A stretch of 64,000 nucleotides of DNA from Gemmatimonadota bacterium. Its GTDB lineage: Bacteria > Gemmatimonadota > Gemmatimonadetes > Gemmatimonadales > Gemmatimonadaceae. Below, piece after piece: positions 1-9,830 of this stretch. The translations under genes were made by a program, and so were the position numbers. The DNA is taken from positions 32,001 through 96,000 of the forward strand of contig JAZJZK010000027.1 of assembly GCA_040389905.1 (NCBI GenBank). The letters run 5' to 3'. Within the stretch, counting starts at the first letter, position 1. Every line of letters starts with the position of its first letter. The notes under the pieces were generated by a model. That model was not told the origin of the DNA and did not search any database. It saw only the letters and a program-made list of their open reading frames with translations.

Positions 1-1
1 C

Positions 2-784
2 CTGCTTGCCCTTTTCGGCGCAGAGACAGTGGTGGTACTTGCGGGAGTCGTCCACTTTGCAGGGCGCTGGGGTGCGGGACTTCCTGAGCAACCCCTGGTG
101 CGTCGGATGGCGATGATGGGTTTCCGAGCGAGCCTGTCGCTCATTCCCGCGTATCTCATCGTTCGTGGGGACGTCGTACTCGTACGAATGTGGCGCGGTG
201 CGGCGGAGACCGGATTGTATGCCATCGCAGGCCAGGTCGTGACGCTGATCTGGATGATTCCGGCCGCCGCCGCGCAGGTGCTGTTCAGCAGCATCGCGCG
301 ATCGACGTCGCGCGCAGCCGACGTGGCGCGCGTGAGCGCCGCGATGGTGTGGATCCTCGGATTGGTGTGTGCGGGTGCCTTGGTCATGGGTGCCCCCGCC
401 ATCCGGCTCGTGTTCGGACAGTCGTATTCCGGCGCGTTTCCGATGCTCGCCGTCCTCCTGCCAGGTGCCCTCGCGCTCGGAGTGGAGACAACACTCGTTC
501 AATACTTCAATGCCGGCGGCTACCCACTTCGGATCGTGAGGTACTGGGCGCTGGCGCTTGGGCTCAACGTGTCGCTGAATGTCCTGCTGATTCCCCGCTG
601 GGGCGCACTGGGTGCGGCTGCTTCTTCGACAGCTGGATATGTCCTGATTGCCGCACTTGTTGCGCTTCGCTTCCGCCATGAGACGGGGATCGGATTCCGG
701 GAACTGCTGCGCTTTCCTCGCCTTGCCGCCGCTTCCACTGTGACTGCGGTGCAGGCGAAGTCCGTGACCGGAGCAGTACAGTGA
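2..784 (+). CDS. Polysaccharide flippase (Wzx/MATE-like), C-terminal part; 5' end lies outside the window
   Basis: Frame is open from position 2. Multi-TM protein with 'GDVVLVR..RGAAETGLYAIA' and 'LNVLLIPRWGALGAA' motifs typical of polysaccharide-biosynthesis C-terminal domains; overlaps the GT gene by GTGA. Confidence 0.8.
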   Translation: MLALFGAETVVVLAGVVHFAGRWGAGLPEQPLVRRMAMMGFRASLSLIPAYLIVRGDVVLVRMWRGAAETGLYAIAGQVVTLIWMIPAAAAQVLFSSIARSTSRAADVARVSAAMVWILGLVCAGALVMGAPAIRLVFGQSYSGAFPMLAVLLPGALALGVETTLVQYFNAGGYPLRIVRYWALALGLNVSLNVLLIPRWGALGAAASSTAGYVLIAALVALRFRHETGIGFRELLRFPRLAAASTVTAVQAKSVTGAVQ

Positions 785-2499
785 ACCTCGTCCTGTCGGT
801 GCGAGACCTCGAGCACAAGCGAGTTGTGGCATTCGCGCGAGGGAACGGCGCGCGCGGTCTGTCCGCGGAACATTTCCGCAACATAGGCCCGCTGCGGGCA
901 CTCCAAACCCTGCGCGACCGCGCCTACGACGAGGTGGTGATCTGCGGCACCTCTGAGGAGCTCGAGAACTATCTTGCCGCTCTCTCGGCGGCGTCGCTGG
1001 CAGTGAGTACTCGCGCGAGACGGTGGGAAGACATCACCACCGGGAAAACAGGCCCCCTCACGCGTCGTCGTATCCTGGGCGACATCGCCGGTATGATGCG
1101 CGGCACGGGAGACGGGCTGCTTGCCATTCGACGCAAGAAGCGCGAGGTAGAGGCGCTCACCGCAGGACCGCGCGTTGCGCCGGTGTGGAACGGACCTGCC
1201 GAGCGCATTCTCTACCTGAAGGGTGGTCCGTTCAGCAATGTGAAGGTCGGCGGCTCCGTTGGGCACGTGGCCGGCGTCGCCAACGCCATGACTCGGGCGA
1301 ATCTGGATGTTCGCATGCTCGCTGTCGCCCCGCAGATATCCGTCAGCGATGAAGTAGACATCGATATCGTGCCGCCGCCTGCAACCTGGGGGCTCCCGGT
1401 CGCGGTGAACGCCGTGCGCTATTCCGAAACCTTTCGTCTCGCGGCAGAAGCCGTCGCGCGCGCCTGGGCGCCTTGCCTTTCCTATCAACGATTCAGTCCG
1501 CAGGACCTTACCGGCGCTCACCTCAGGAAGATGGGCATACCGTGGGTCGTCGAGTACAACGGCTCGGAAGTGTGGGCGCAGCGAAACTGGGGGCGAGCCA
1601 GCGCATTCGAGTCACTCGCTCGTCGTGTGGAAGTGTCGGCGCTGAGGCTGGCCGACCTGGTCGTCGTCGTCTCCGAGCCGCTGAAACGCGAGGTGCTCGA
1701 GCTTGGCGTGCCGGAAGAGCGCGTGCTGTGCTACCCGAACTGCATCGATCCCGGGACATTCGATCCGGCGCGCTTCAGCGGTGAAGACATTGCGCGCCTT
1801 CGCGCGGAGTTTGGTATCGCACCCGATGACCTCGTGCTGACCTTCATCGGGACCTTCGGTGAGTGGCACGGGACCGACGTGCTGGCCGATGCGATACGCG
1901 ACCTGATAGATCGTGACGCGGAATGGATGCGGTCGAAGCGCATTCGCTTTCTGCTCGTGGGGTCGGGTCTGCGGCTGCAGTATGCGGTGGACCGGCTCTC
2001 GCAGCCCGGGGATGAGAAGTTCGTGCACTTCGCCGGTGTTCAGCCGCAGGCGCGAGCTCCGCTGATTCTCGCGGCATCGAACATTCTCCTATCTCCGCAC
2101 AAGCCCAATGACGACGGAAGCGCGTTTTTCGGGAGCCCGACCAAGTTCTTCGAGTATCTCGCGATGGCCCGGCTGGTCATCGCGTCGGACCTCGAGCAGA
2201 TCGGCGATGTGGCGCGCGGCTGGATTCCGCTCGCTCCGCGCCCGCAGGCAGGAGTGAAGTCCGACCTGATGATACTCGTGGAACCGGGATCTGTTGACGG
2301 CTTGAATCGAGGGATTCGCGAAGCGTGTGATATGCCGGCTGCCGAGCAAGAGAGAATGGCGCTGAGATGCCGTGACGTGGCGAACGCCCACTTTACATGG
2401 GACGCCAATGTGGCGTGTGTGCTGGAGAGACTTCAGGCCGTCACCGGTGCCCCGGACCATGCGACTCATGCAGGTGAGTTGTCGGGTGTGCACTCATGA
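781..2499 (+). CDS. Glycosyltransferase family 4 (GT-B) with N-terminal extension
   Basis: 'ADLVVVVSEPLK', 'FIGTFGEWHG', 'GSPTKFFEYLAM..VIASDL', 'HFTWD' motifs. Confidence 0.85.
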   Translation: MNLVLSVRDLEHKRVVAFARGNGARGLSAEHFRNIGPLRALQTLRDRAYDEVVICGTSEELENYLAALSAASLAVSTRARRWEDITTGKTGPLTRRRILGDIAGMMRGTGDGLLAIRRKKREVEALTAGPRVAPVWNGPAERILYLKGGPFSNVKVGGSVGHVAGVANAMTRANLDVRMLAVAPQISVSDEVDIDIVPPPATWGLPVAVNAVRYSETFRLAAEAVARAWAPCLSYQRFSPQDLTGAHLRKMGIPWVVEYNGSEVWAQRNWGRASAFESLARRVEVSALRLADLVVVVSEPLKREVLELGVPEERVLCYPNCIDPGTFDPARFSGEDIARLRAEFGIAPDDLVLTFIGTFGEWHGTDVLADAIRDLIDRDAEWMRSKRIRFLLVGSGLRLQYAVDRLSQPGDEKFVHFAGVQPQARAPLILAASNILLSPHKPNDDGSAFFGSPTKFFEYLAMARLVIASDLEQIGDVARGWIPLAPRPQAGVKSDLMILVEPGSVDGLNRGIREACDMPAAEQERMALRCRDVANAHFTWDANVACVLERLQAVTGAPDHATHAGELSGVHS

Positions 2500-3326
2500 G
2501 CGGACCGGTAACAGGAGACGCCGATCGGAAGTCGGCCGTACGCGATTTCTGGAACATGGAATCCTGCGGGGAGCGCTATGCCGTTGGCGCGGATGAAGCA
2601 GCGGCACTCAACGAGCAATCGGAGATTCGTTACGAATTGGAACCGTACCTCCGCTCCTTTGCTCGTTTCCACGACGGGCGCGGCCAGGACGTACTTGAAG
2701 TCGGGGTGGGGATGGGCGCGGATCATCTCGAATGGGCAAAGGAGAAGCCGCGTTCGCTGACCGGGGTCGATCTCACACCGCGCGCCATCGAATTCACGAG
2801 AGCTCGATTTGCGGCTGCCGGTCTTACCGCCAATGTTGAGCTGGCGGACGCCGAGCGGCTGCCATTTCCAGATGAGAGTTTCGACCTTGTGTACTCATGG
2901 GGCGTCCTGCATCACTCCCCGGATACGCAGCGGGCCGTCGACGAGGTGCGCCGTGTCTTGCGACCCGGTGGCAAGGCCCGGATCATGATCTATCACTCGC
3001 GATCGATTGTTGGAGCGGTGCTGTGGGTCCGATACGGACTCTTTGCCGGCGCTCCCTTCCGTTCCCTCTCGTCCATCTACGCCAGTCACCTGGAGAGCCC
3101 CGGGACGAAAGCGTACTCCCTGTCAGATGCGCAACGGCTCTTTGGCCGTTTCTCATCAGCGAAGATGGAGGTGTGCCAGGCGCCCTCTGACCTCCTGCTT
3201 CCCGGGATGGGGCGTCGGCACGAAGGTCCACTACTGACGCTCGCGCAGTTTGTCTGGCCGCGGCGCCTCATCCGGACCTTCGGCCGCGGCGTGGGCCTCT
3301 ACCTCATGATCGACGCGGTGAAGTAA
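2496..3326 (+). CDS. Class I SAM-dependent methyltransferase
   Basis: 'VLEVGVGMG', 'DAERLPFPDESFDLVYSWGVLHH', 'RVLRPGG'. Confidence 0.9.
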   Translation: MSGPVTGDADRKSAVRDFWNMESCGERYAVGADEAAALNEQSEIRYELEPYLRSFARFHDGRGQDVLEVGVGMGADHLEWAKEKPRSLTGVDLTPRAIEFTRARFAAAGLTANVELADAERLPFPDESFDLVYSWGVLHHSPDTQRAVDEVRRVLRPGGKARIMIYHSRSIVGAVLWVRYGLFAGAPFRSLSSIYASHLESPGTKAYSLSDAQRLFGRFSSAKMEVCQAPSDLLLPGMGRRHEGPLLTLAQFVWPRRLIRTFGRGVGLYLMIDAVK

Positions 3327-3328
3327 GC

Positions 3329-4153
3329 CTACTTTTCGCAGAATGCGATCAGGTACCATCCAAAGTGGCGCGCGAGAAATGGGCGCATGAACGCCGGGAT
3401 GACCTTGAAGGCGCGTTGATCGGGCGTCAAGCCGAGATGGTCAACGGCCAGGCGGACGCTGGAGAAAGCAAAAAGCATTTTCCGAAAAGCCGCTCGCCCG
3501 TATCGCTTCACCAGCGGACGTGCGCCACGATCCGCGCTCTGTTCCTCGATCCGCCAGTACGCCGACTCGAGCGAATCGGAGCGCCACGATTTCTCCCGCA
3601 GCCAACGTGCAGCGAAGACCGCCGAGAAAACGGAGTGCCTGTGGTAGACCGCGAGGATTGCCTTGCCACCCGGCTTCAGCACACGGTAAATCTCGTTGAT
3701 CACATCCTGCGTACCGGGGGTGTGGTGGATCACCCCAAAACTGTACACCACATCGAACGTCGCATCCGGGAAGGGAAGCGTCTCCGCGTCGGCCAGGCGG
3801 AGGTCCGCCGGAATGCCCGCCAGCTCGAACCGCTTTCGCGCGAGGCGCTGGTGCGTCGGCGACAGGTCGACACCGGTGACCTTCGCGCCCCCTTTTGCGA
3901 ACTGCATCAGGTCCGTTCCTTGGCCATAGCCGATTTCCAGCACCGACTTCCCGCGATACCCGTCGTAACCCATCACCGTTTTCATCCACGGCGCATAGAT
4001 CTCGTACCGGTCCCGGTCGACGGCGGCGAAGTACTCGGCGGAGCCTTGCTCGAAGCCTGCGCCGCCCGCATAGCCACAGGCGTCGTCCGTCCATTGCTTT
4101 TGTGCTTCGGCCTTGAGCCCAGTGACCTTCGGGGCAGTCTCCGTGACGGGCAA
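3329..4153 (-). CDS. Class I SAM-dependent methyltransferase, paralog of 2496-3326
   Basis: 'VLEIGYGQG', 'DAETLPFPDATFDVVYSFGVIHH', 'RVLKPGG'; TTG start. Confidence 0.88.
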   Translation of the reverse strand: MPVTETAPKVTGLKAEAQKQWTDDACGYAGGAGFEQGSAEYFAAVDRDRYEIYAPWMKTVMGYDGYRGKSVLEIGYGQGTDLMQFAKGGAKVTGVDLSPTHQRLARKRFELAGIPADLRLADAETLPFPDATFDVVYSFGVIHHTPGTQDVINEIYRVLKPGGKAILAVYHRHSVFSAVFAARWLREKSWRSDSLESAYWRIEEQSADRGARPLVKRYGRAAFRKMLFAFSSVRLAVDHLGLTPDQRAFKVIPAFMRPFLARHFGWYLIAFCEK

Positions 4154-4420
4154 TCGATATCTCCAGATCAGACGCGTGAATGGCGTTTCAGCTATTCGGC
4201 ATGGCGCGTCACGGCGGTAGCTGGACGCGCTCCGGCGTTCGTACTACAAGCATCGTGCCCGCCTCAACAGCCATTCGAGTCGTGAACTTTCCCACGTTTC
4301 GGGATGGAGCAGCACCGCCTCGAGTGCTGCGCGCCGGCCTCTGGTCCGCCTGAGCTTGTCCAACGGCACATCTCTAGCAACGATGCCCAATGGAGCACTC
4401 CACGAAAAGCAACAACCTCA

Positions 4421-5257
4421 ATGCCCTCTTTGATGATCAATTCCGTGCGCTTGGCGAAATGGTATCTCTCCCTTCTTCCGGAAAGCCCCCCGGATTACTG
4501 GATGCACCGAGAGCCGATGGTCCGCGCGCGCATGGAATACGATGACGAGCGCTCGGCCGTCGGCTTCCATACGCTATTCACGATGGACCTTGCAAATAAG
4601 GACGTGCTCGACCTGGGATGCGGTTATGGCGGGCGCAGTGTCTACTTCAAGGAGCTCGGTGCGCGTCGCGTGGTAGCGATGGAAATCCGCGGGGAGATGA
4701 TCGATGAGGCGCTTGCGTTCGCCGCGGAGCGCGGCGTCACACTGGAGGGACTCGTTTCCGTTGGTGAGCAAATCGGACTTCCGCATGAAACAATTGACAT
4801 CATCACGTGCTACGACGTGTTCGAGCACGTTGAATCTGTCGCGGCGACGTTACAGGAGTGCTATCGTGTGCTCCGACCAGGCGGGATCGCGTACATCGTG
4901 TTTCCTCCATACCTCCATCCACTTGGCGGATCCCATCTTCACTCGTATCTATCGCGCTCACCTGCGCCCAACGCACTGTTCGGACGAGATACACTCTGGA
5001 CTGCGGTCCGCGAGCTGCTCATCGAGCGCGGAACCTTTGTCCCGGACAAGCGTCCCACTGATCCCCTTCCAGGGGTAAACGGAACAACCATCGCGCAATT
5101 CAGGAAGGCCTTGGCAGCGGTCCCATTCCGCGATGCGCAAGTCACGCTGCGACCTGTCAATGTTCCGCGACTAGGCGCCGTCGCAAGCGCGCTCTCGCGG
5201 ATCCCCGTCGTCCAGGAGGTCGCAGTCAGTCGGCTCCTTTGCGAACTGGCCAAATGA
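4421..5257 (+). CDS. Class I SAM-dependent methyltransferase (start uncertain; ORF open from 4304)
   Basis: 'VLDLGCGYGG', 'DVFEHV', 'RVLRPGG'. Confidence 0.82.
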   Translation: MPSLMINSVRLAKWYLSLLPESPPDYWMHREPMVRARMEYDDERSAVGFHTLFTMDLANKDVLDLGCGYGGRSVYFKELGARRVVAMEIRGEMIDEALAFAAERGVTLEGLVSVGEQIGLPHETIDIITCYDVFEHVESVAATLQECYRVLRPGGIAYIVFPPYLHPLGGSHLHSYLSRSPAPNALFGRDTLWTAVRELLIERGTFVPDKRPTDPLPGVNGTTIAQFRKALAAVPFRDAQVTLRPVNVPRLGAVASALSRIPVVQEVAVSRLLCELAK

Positions 5258-5284
5258 TTGTCTGGCCGTGCAATGAGCACCGCC

Positions 5285-6595
5285 TCAGATGTTCCGCGCC
5301 AGCCTGCTGGTCAGCGGATCCCAGCTGTGACTCCCGTCCTTCGTGATCAGTTCCACGACCGGGAGCGGAAAGATCATTCCTGTACCGGCATCGATCATCG
5401 GCTGCTCACGCTTCAGGAACTCGGTGCGGAAATGCCAGGGCAACACGAGATAGTAGTCCGGCTTCATCGCCCGTGACCGCTCCTCGGAGATGATGGGGAT
5501 ATTCGTGCCCAACGTGCGCGCCCCATCTTTGTCCGGATTGCGGTCGGCCGCGTAGGCGATGTGCGACTTATCCAACCCGCAGGCCTGAAGAATCGTGTTT
5601 CCCTTGGTCGACGCCCCATAGATGTGGATCGTCTTCCCCTGGTCGCGGAGGTGCGTGACCAGCGACGTCAGACTCCGCACGGCGTTCGAGACGCGTGCCT
5701 TGAACAACTCGTACGGCAGGTCTGTCTCAAGTTCGCGCTCGAATTCGCGGTGACGCAGGTCGGTCAGCTCTCGCCGAAACGTATCGTCGCCGACCGGATG
5801 GTCTTCCTCGTGCGTCACGAACACGCGGATGCTGCCGCCGTTGATGCTGTTCAACGCAGCGCGGCGAACCTTCATCCCTCCGGCGGCGACGATCCGCTCG
5901 ATCACGGCGAGACTGTAGTACTCGAGGTGCTCGTGGCAGATGGTGTCGTACGAATTGAGCTCCAGCGTGAGTGGCAAATATGCCACCTCGAAGATCCACA
6001 CACCGCCCGGCGCCAGCAATGCCTTGATGTTGCGCACAAAGTCAACCGGATCCTCGAGGTCGTAGAACATGGCGATCGACGTGACGATATCGAACGGCTG
6101 CTCTCCCGCCGCGCGCTGCAGGGTGCGTGACGGAAAGGTCTCCTGCACGACGTGCACGGTGGGCTCGCAGCCCAGCACCGCGTCGGACGGATCGCACCCG
6201 AACTGCACGACCTCTGCCGGGTAGTTGCGCAGCAGCGTCCCGTCGTTGCAGCCAATATCGAGCACGCGCAGCGGCGTGCGCCCCAACGTGGACATGGCAT
6301 CCGATACCACGCTGGCGAGGTGCCGGCGCATCGTTTCATTCGTGCCGGACCGGTACCAGTAGACCGAATAGAGGATTTCCGGTGGAACGCTGCACACCAT
6401 CTGCACCAGTCCGCACGCCTTTTCATCTCGGCTCGGATCGCAGCGCACCAGTGCTGTGGGAATGCGCCGCATTGGAGGCAACGGCTTTCCCTCCATCACA
6501 AAGGAGCCCTGGAGGTACTGCGGACCGAGGTCCAGCACCGGTGTCAACGCGGAGGATCCACAGGCGCGACACGTCGACCGAAAGGTCAGATGCAT
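5285..6595 (-). CDS. NDP-hexose C-methyltransferase (TylCIII/NovU-like, Zn-binding N-terminus)
   Basis: N-terminal 'CRACG' plus 'VRC...ACGLVQ'; 'VLDIGCNDGTLL', 'HEHLEYYS', 'YGASTKGNT', 'PDYYLVLPWHF'. Confidence 0.88.
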   Translation of the reverse strand: MHLTFRSTCRACGSSALTPVLDLGPQYLQGSFVMEGKPLPPMRRIPTALVRCDPSRDEKACGLVQMVCSVPPEILYSVYWYRSGTNETMRRHLASVVSDAMSTLGRTPLRVLDIGCNDGTLLRNYPAEVVQFGCDPSDAVLGCEPTVHVVQETFPSRTLQRAAGEQPFDIVTSIAMFYDLEDPVDFVRNIKALLAPGGVWIFEVAYLPLTLELNSYDTICHEHLEYYSLAVIERIVAAGGMKVRRAALNSINGGSIRVFVTHEEDHPVGDDTFRRELTDLRHREFERELETDLPYELFKARVSNAVRSLTSLVTHLRDQGKTIHIYGASTKGNTILQACGLDKSHIAYAADRNPDKDGARTLGTNIPIISEERSRAMKPDYYLVLPWHFRTEFLKREQPMIDAGTGMIFPLPVVELITKDGSHSWDPLTSRLARNI

Positions 6596-6599
6596 GGTA

Positions 6600-7625
<1,026 letters not shown>

Positions 7626-7662
7626 AGTGCGAGAAACCGGGACTGGCGAGAGGGGCGAGATT

Positions 7663-8661
7663 CTAGTGATGGTGGAGGGCGTGCGTGTCGACGTACTCGA
7701 GCAGCTCATCCGACGAGACGGTGGCAGCGCCCAACTTTCCGACTTCGATGCCGGCGGCAACGTTCGAGATGTATGCTGCCTCAGCGGCGGACGCGCCGCT
7801 GGCCAGCATACACGCAAGGTAAGCCGTCACGGTGTCTCCAGCTCCCACGACATCGAACACTTCGCGCGCCACCGTCGGTGCACGGGTGATGGCACCGGCC
7901 TCGTCTACAAGAACCATCCCGTGCTCCCCCAGCGTCAAGAGCAGGTATTTCGCGCCGAGCCGCCGCACCGTGTGCGCGAGGGCGTCATGATGCTCCATGT
8001 CGACTTCCGCGCCCATCGCCGCCGCCAGTTCCCGGCGGTTCGGCTTGAAGATTGTCGCGCCCTGAAAGTGGAAAAAATGCCTGAACTTCGGATCGACGAC
8101 GATCGGGATGCCGCGCGCCATAGCGGCCTTGAGGCCCGCGTCGATGAGCGCTTCCGTCAGCACGCCCTTGTTGTAGTCCTCGAGCACGAGGGCGTCTGCA
8201 CCGTCAATTGCGGCGCGCGTATTGTCGATCAGCTGCCCAATTTCCGCACCGGTGAGCGGCGAGTCCTCTTCTTCGTCGATGCGGAGCAACTGCTGGGACC
8301 GCGCCACGATGCGCGTCTTCTGCGTCGTCACTCGGCCGACCGTGGCGACCTGATGGGTGAGGATTCCAGCCGCGCCCAGCATGCTCCGCAGGCGGCCCCC
8401 GCCCGAATCGGCGCCGAGCGCGGCCACGAGTGTACATTCGGCGCCGAGCGCGCGAACGTTTTGTGCCACGTTGGCGGCACCACCGAGCGCATAGTCTCGC
8501 TTCTTGACCCGGACGACAGGTACGGGCGCCTCTGGAGAGATACGCTCGACGTCGCCGGACACGTAGACGTCGAGCATCGCATCGCCAATCACAGCAATTC
8601 GTTGCCCGGCGGCTCTCTTGAGAAGTTCGACCAATCGGCCGCGGCTCGGGGCAGGTATCAT
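7663..8661 (-). CDS. rfaE1: D-glycero-beta-D-manno-heptose-7-phosphate kinase (HldA/RfaE1, PfkB family)
   Basis: '[11 protein letters not shown]', 'GGAANVA', 'DYNKG', '[11 protein letters not shown]', 'VGKLGAATV'; ATG at 8661 is supported by the upstream promoter. Confidence 0.92.
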   Translation of the reverse strand: MIPAPSRGRLVELLKRAAGQRIAVIGDAMLDVYVSGDVERISPEAPVPVVRVKKRDYALGGAANVAQNVRALGAECTLVAALGADSGGGRLRSMLGAAGILTHQVATVGRVTTQKTRIVARSQQLLRIDEEEDSPLTGAEIGQLIDNTRAAIDGADALVLEDYNKGVLTEALIDAGLKAAMARGIPIVVDPKFRHFFHFQGATIFKPNRRELAAAMGAEVDMEHHDALAHTVRRLGAKYLLLTLGEHGMVLVDEAGAITRAPTVAREVFDVVGAGDTVTAYLACMLASGASAAEAAYISNVAAGIEVGKLGAATVSSDELLEYVDTHALHHH

Positions 8662-8671
8662 CGTTGCGCTG

Positions 8672-8700
8672 AACCTAGAGATCTTGTCGAGGGCGGTCAA
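8672..8700 (-). promoter_or_regulatory. Sigma70-type promoter for the rfaE1-gmd-C-methyltransferase operon
   Basis: Minus strand reads TTGACC-N17-TAGGTT, ending 10 nt before ATG 8661. Confidence 0.6.
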
Positions 8701-8781
8701 CGTGGATGAGGGCGTTGCCACCGCCATTCTTAGCGCTTTTCGGGCTAGGCGCGCCCGAGGCGCACGTTCACATTACACGCA

Positions 8782-9822
8782 ATGATCGCTGTCGTGACCG
8801 GTTCGTCAGGGTTCATCGGGTCGCACCTCGTCGAGGCGCTGCTCGCGCGCGGCGCGTCGGTGCGTGCGCTGCTGAGGCCGGATTCGGTCACGGGCCATCG
8901 TGATCCTCGTGTGAAATGCTGGCACGCGGACCTCCTCGACGACCGTTCAGTCCGCGAATCGGAGGTATGGCGTGGGGCAACGCACGTCTTCCACGTGGGT
9001 GGCGTGACGAAGGCCAGAACGCTCGCGCAGTTTCGGGACGGCAACACCATTCCCACGGCGAATATTCTCGCCGCGCTGTCGGCGCGTCCGTCGGGGAGCG
9101 TGCGTTTCATTCTCGTGTCATCGCAGGCGGCGGCAGGGCCCGCCGAGTCACCAGACCGGCCGGTGACCGAGGACGATGAGCGGAAGCCGATCGAAGCCTA
9201 CGGGCGGAGCAAGGGCGAAGCGGAAGACGTCACGACGCGATATTCACAATCCATCCCGGTCACGATCCTGCGGCCTGGTGCGGTCTATGGTCCGCGAGAT
9301 GTCGATTTCCTGAATGTGTTCAAGCAGGCAGTGAATCGCGTCGCATTTCATGCAGCGTCGCGCGAGCAGGCGATGTCCGTCGTGTACGTGCGCGACCTGG
9401 TGGAGGCGATACTCATCGCGGCAAATGCACGCGCGGCCGTCGGTCGAACCTATTTCGTGGCGGGCGAGGCGCCTGTGACGTGGGGTCAGATCTACGCACT
9501 GGTCGCGGGTTTTGCGGGCGTTCAGCCGATCGAACTGCAACTTCCTGCCGCAGCGTTGTGGCTCGCCGGTCAGGCCGGAAGCTTGCTTAGTCTCCTCACG
9601 GGCAAGGGTCTGCTCGTGAACGCGAACAAGATGGCACTGGCGCGCCCGAAGTGGTGGCTCTGCGATTCCTCGCGCATTCGCCGAGAACTCGGTTGGTCGG
9701 ACGCGGTCAGCCTACAGCAGGGCATTCTCGAGACGTATCTTTGGTACGTGAATGCTGGATGGCTTCGTCCGGCCGCGGGCGGCACGTCCAGGAACGCAGC
9801 GAACTCGGAGGAATCTGTCTGA
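8782..9822 (+). CDS. NAD-dependent epimerase/dehydratase (extended SDR); candidate 3-keto-ceramide/3-ketosphinganine reductase
   Basis: 'VTGSSGFIGSHL' Rossmann motif, 'YGRSK' (YxxxK), 'RPGAVYGPRD'. The specific role is inferred from context. Confidence 0.8.
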   Translation: MIAVVTGSSGFIGSHLVEALLARGASVRALLRPDSVTGHRDPRVKCWHADLLDDRSVRESEVWRGATHVFHVGGVTKARTLAQFRDGNTIPTANILAALSARPSGSVRFILVSSQAAAGPAESPDRPVTEDDERKPIEAYGRSKGEAEDVTTRYSQSIPVTILRPGAVYGPRDVDFLNVFKQAVNRVAFHAASREQAMSVVYVRDLVEAILIAANARAAVGRTYFVAGEAPVTWGQIYALVAGFAGVQPIELQLPAAALWLAGQAGSLLSLLTGKGLLVNANKMALARPKWWLCDSSRIRRELGWSDAVSLQQGILETYLWYVNAGWLRPAAGGTSRNAANSEESV

Positions 9823-9830
9823 GCACGACG

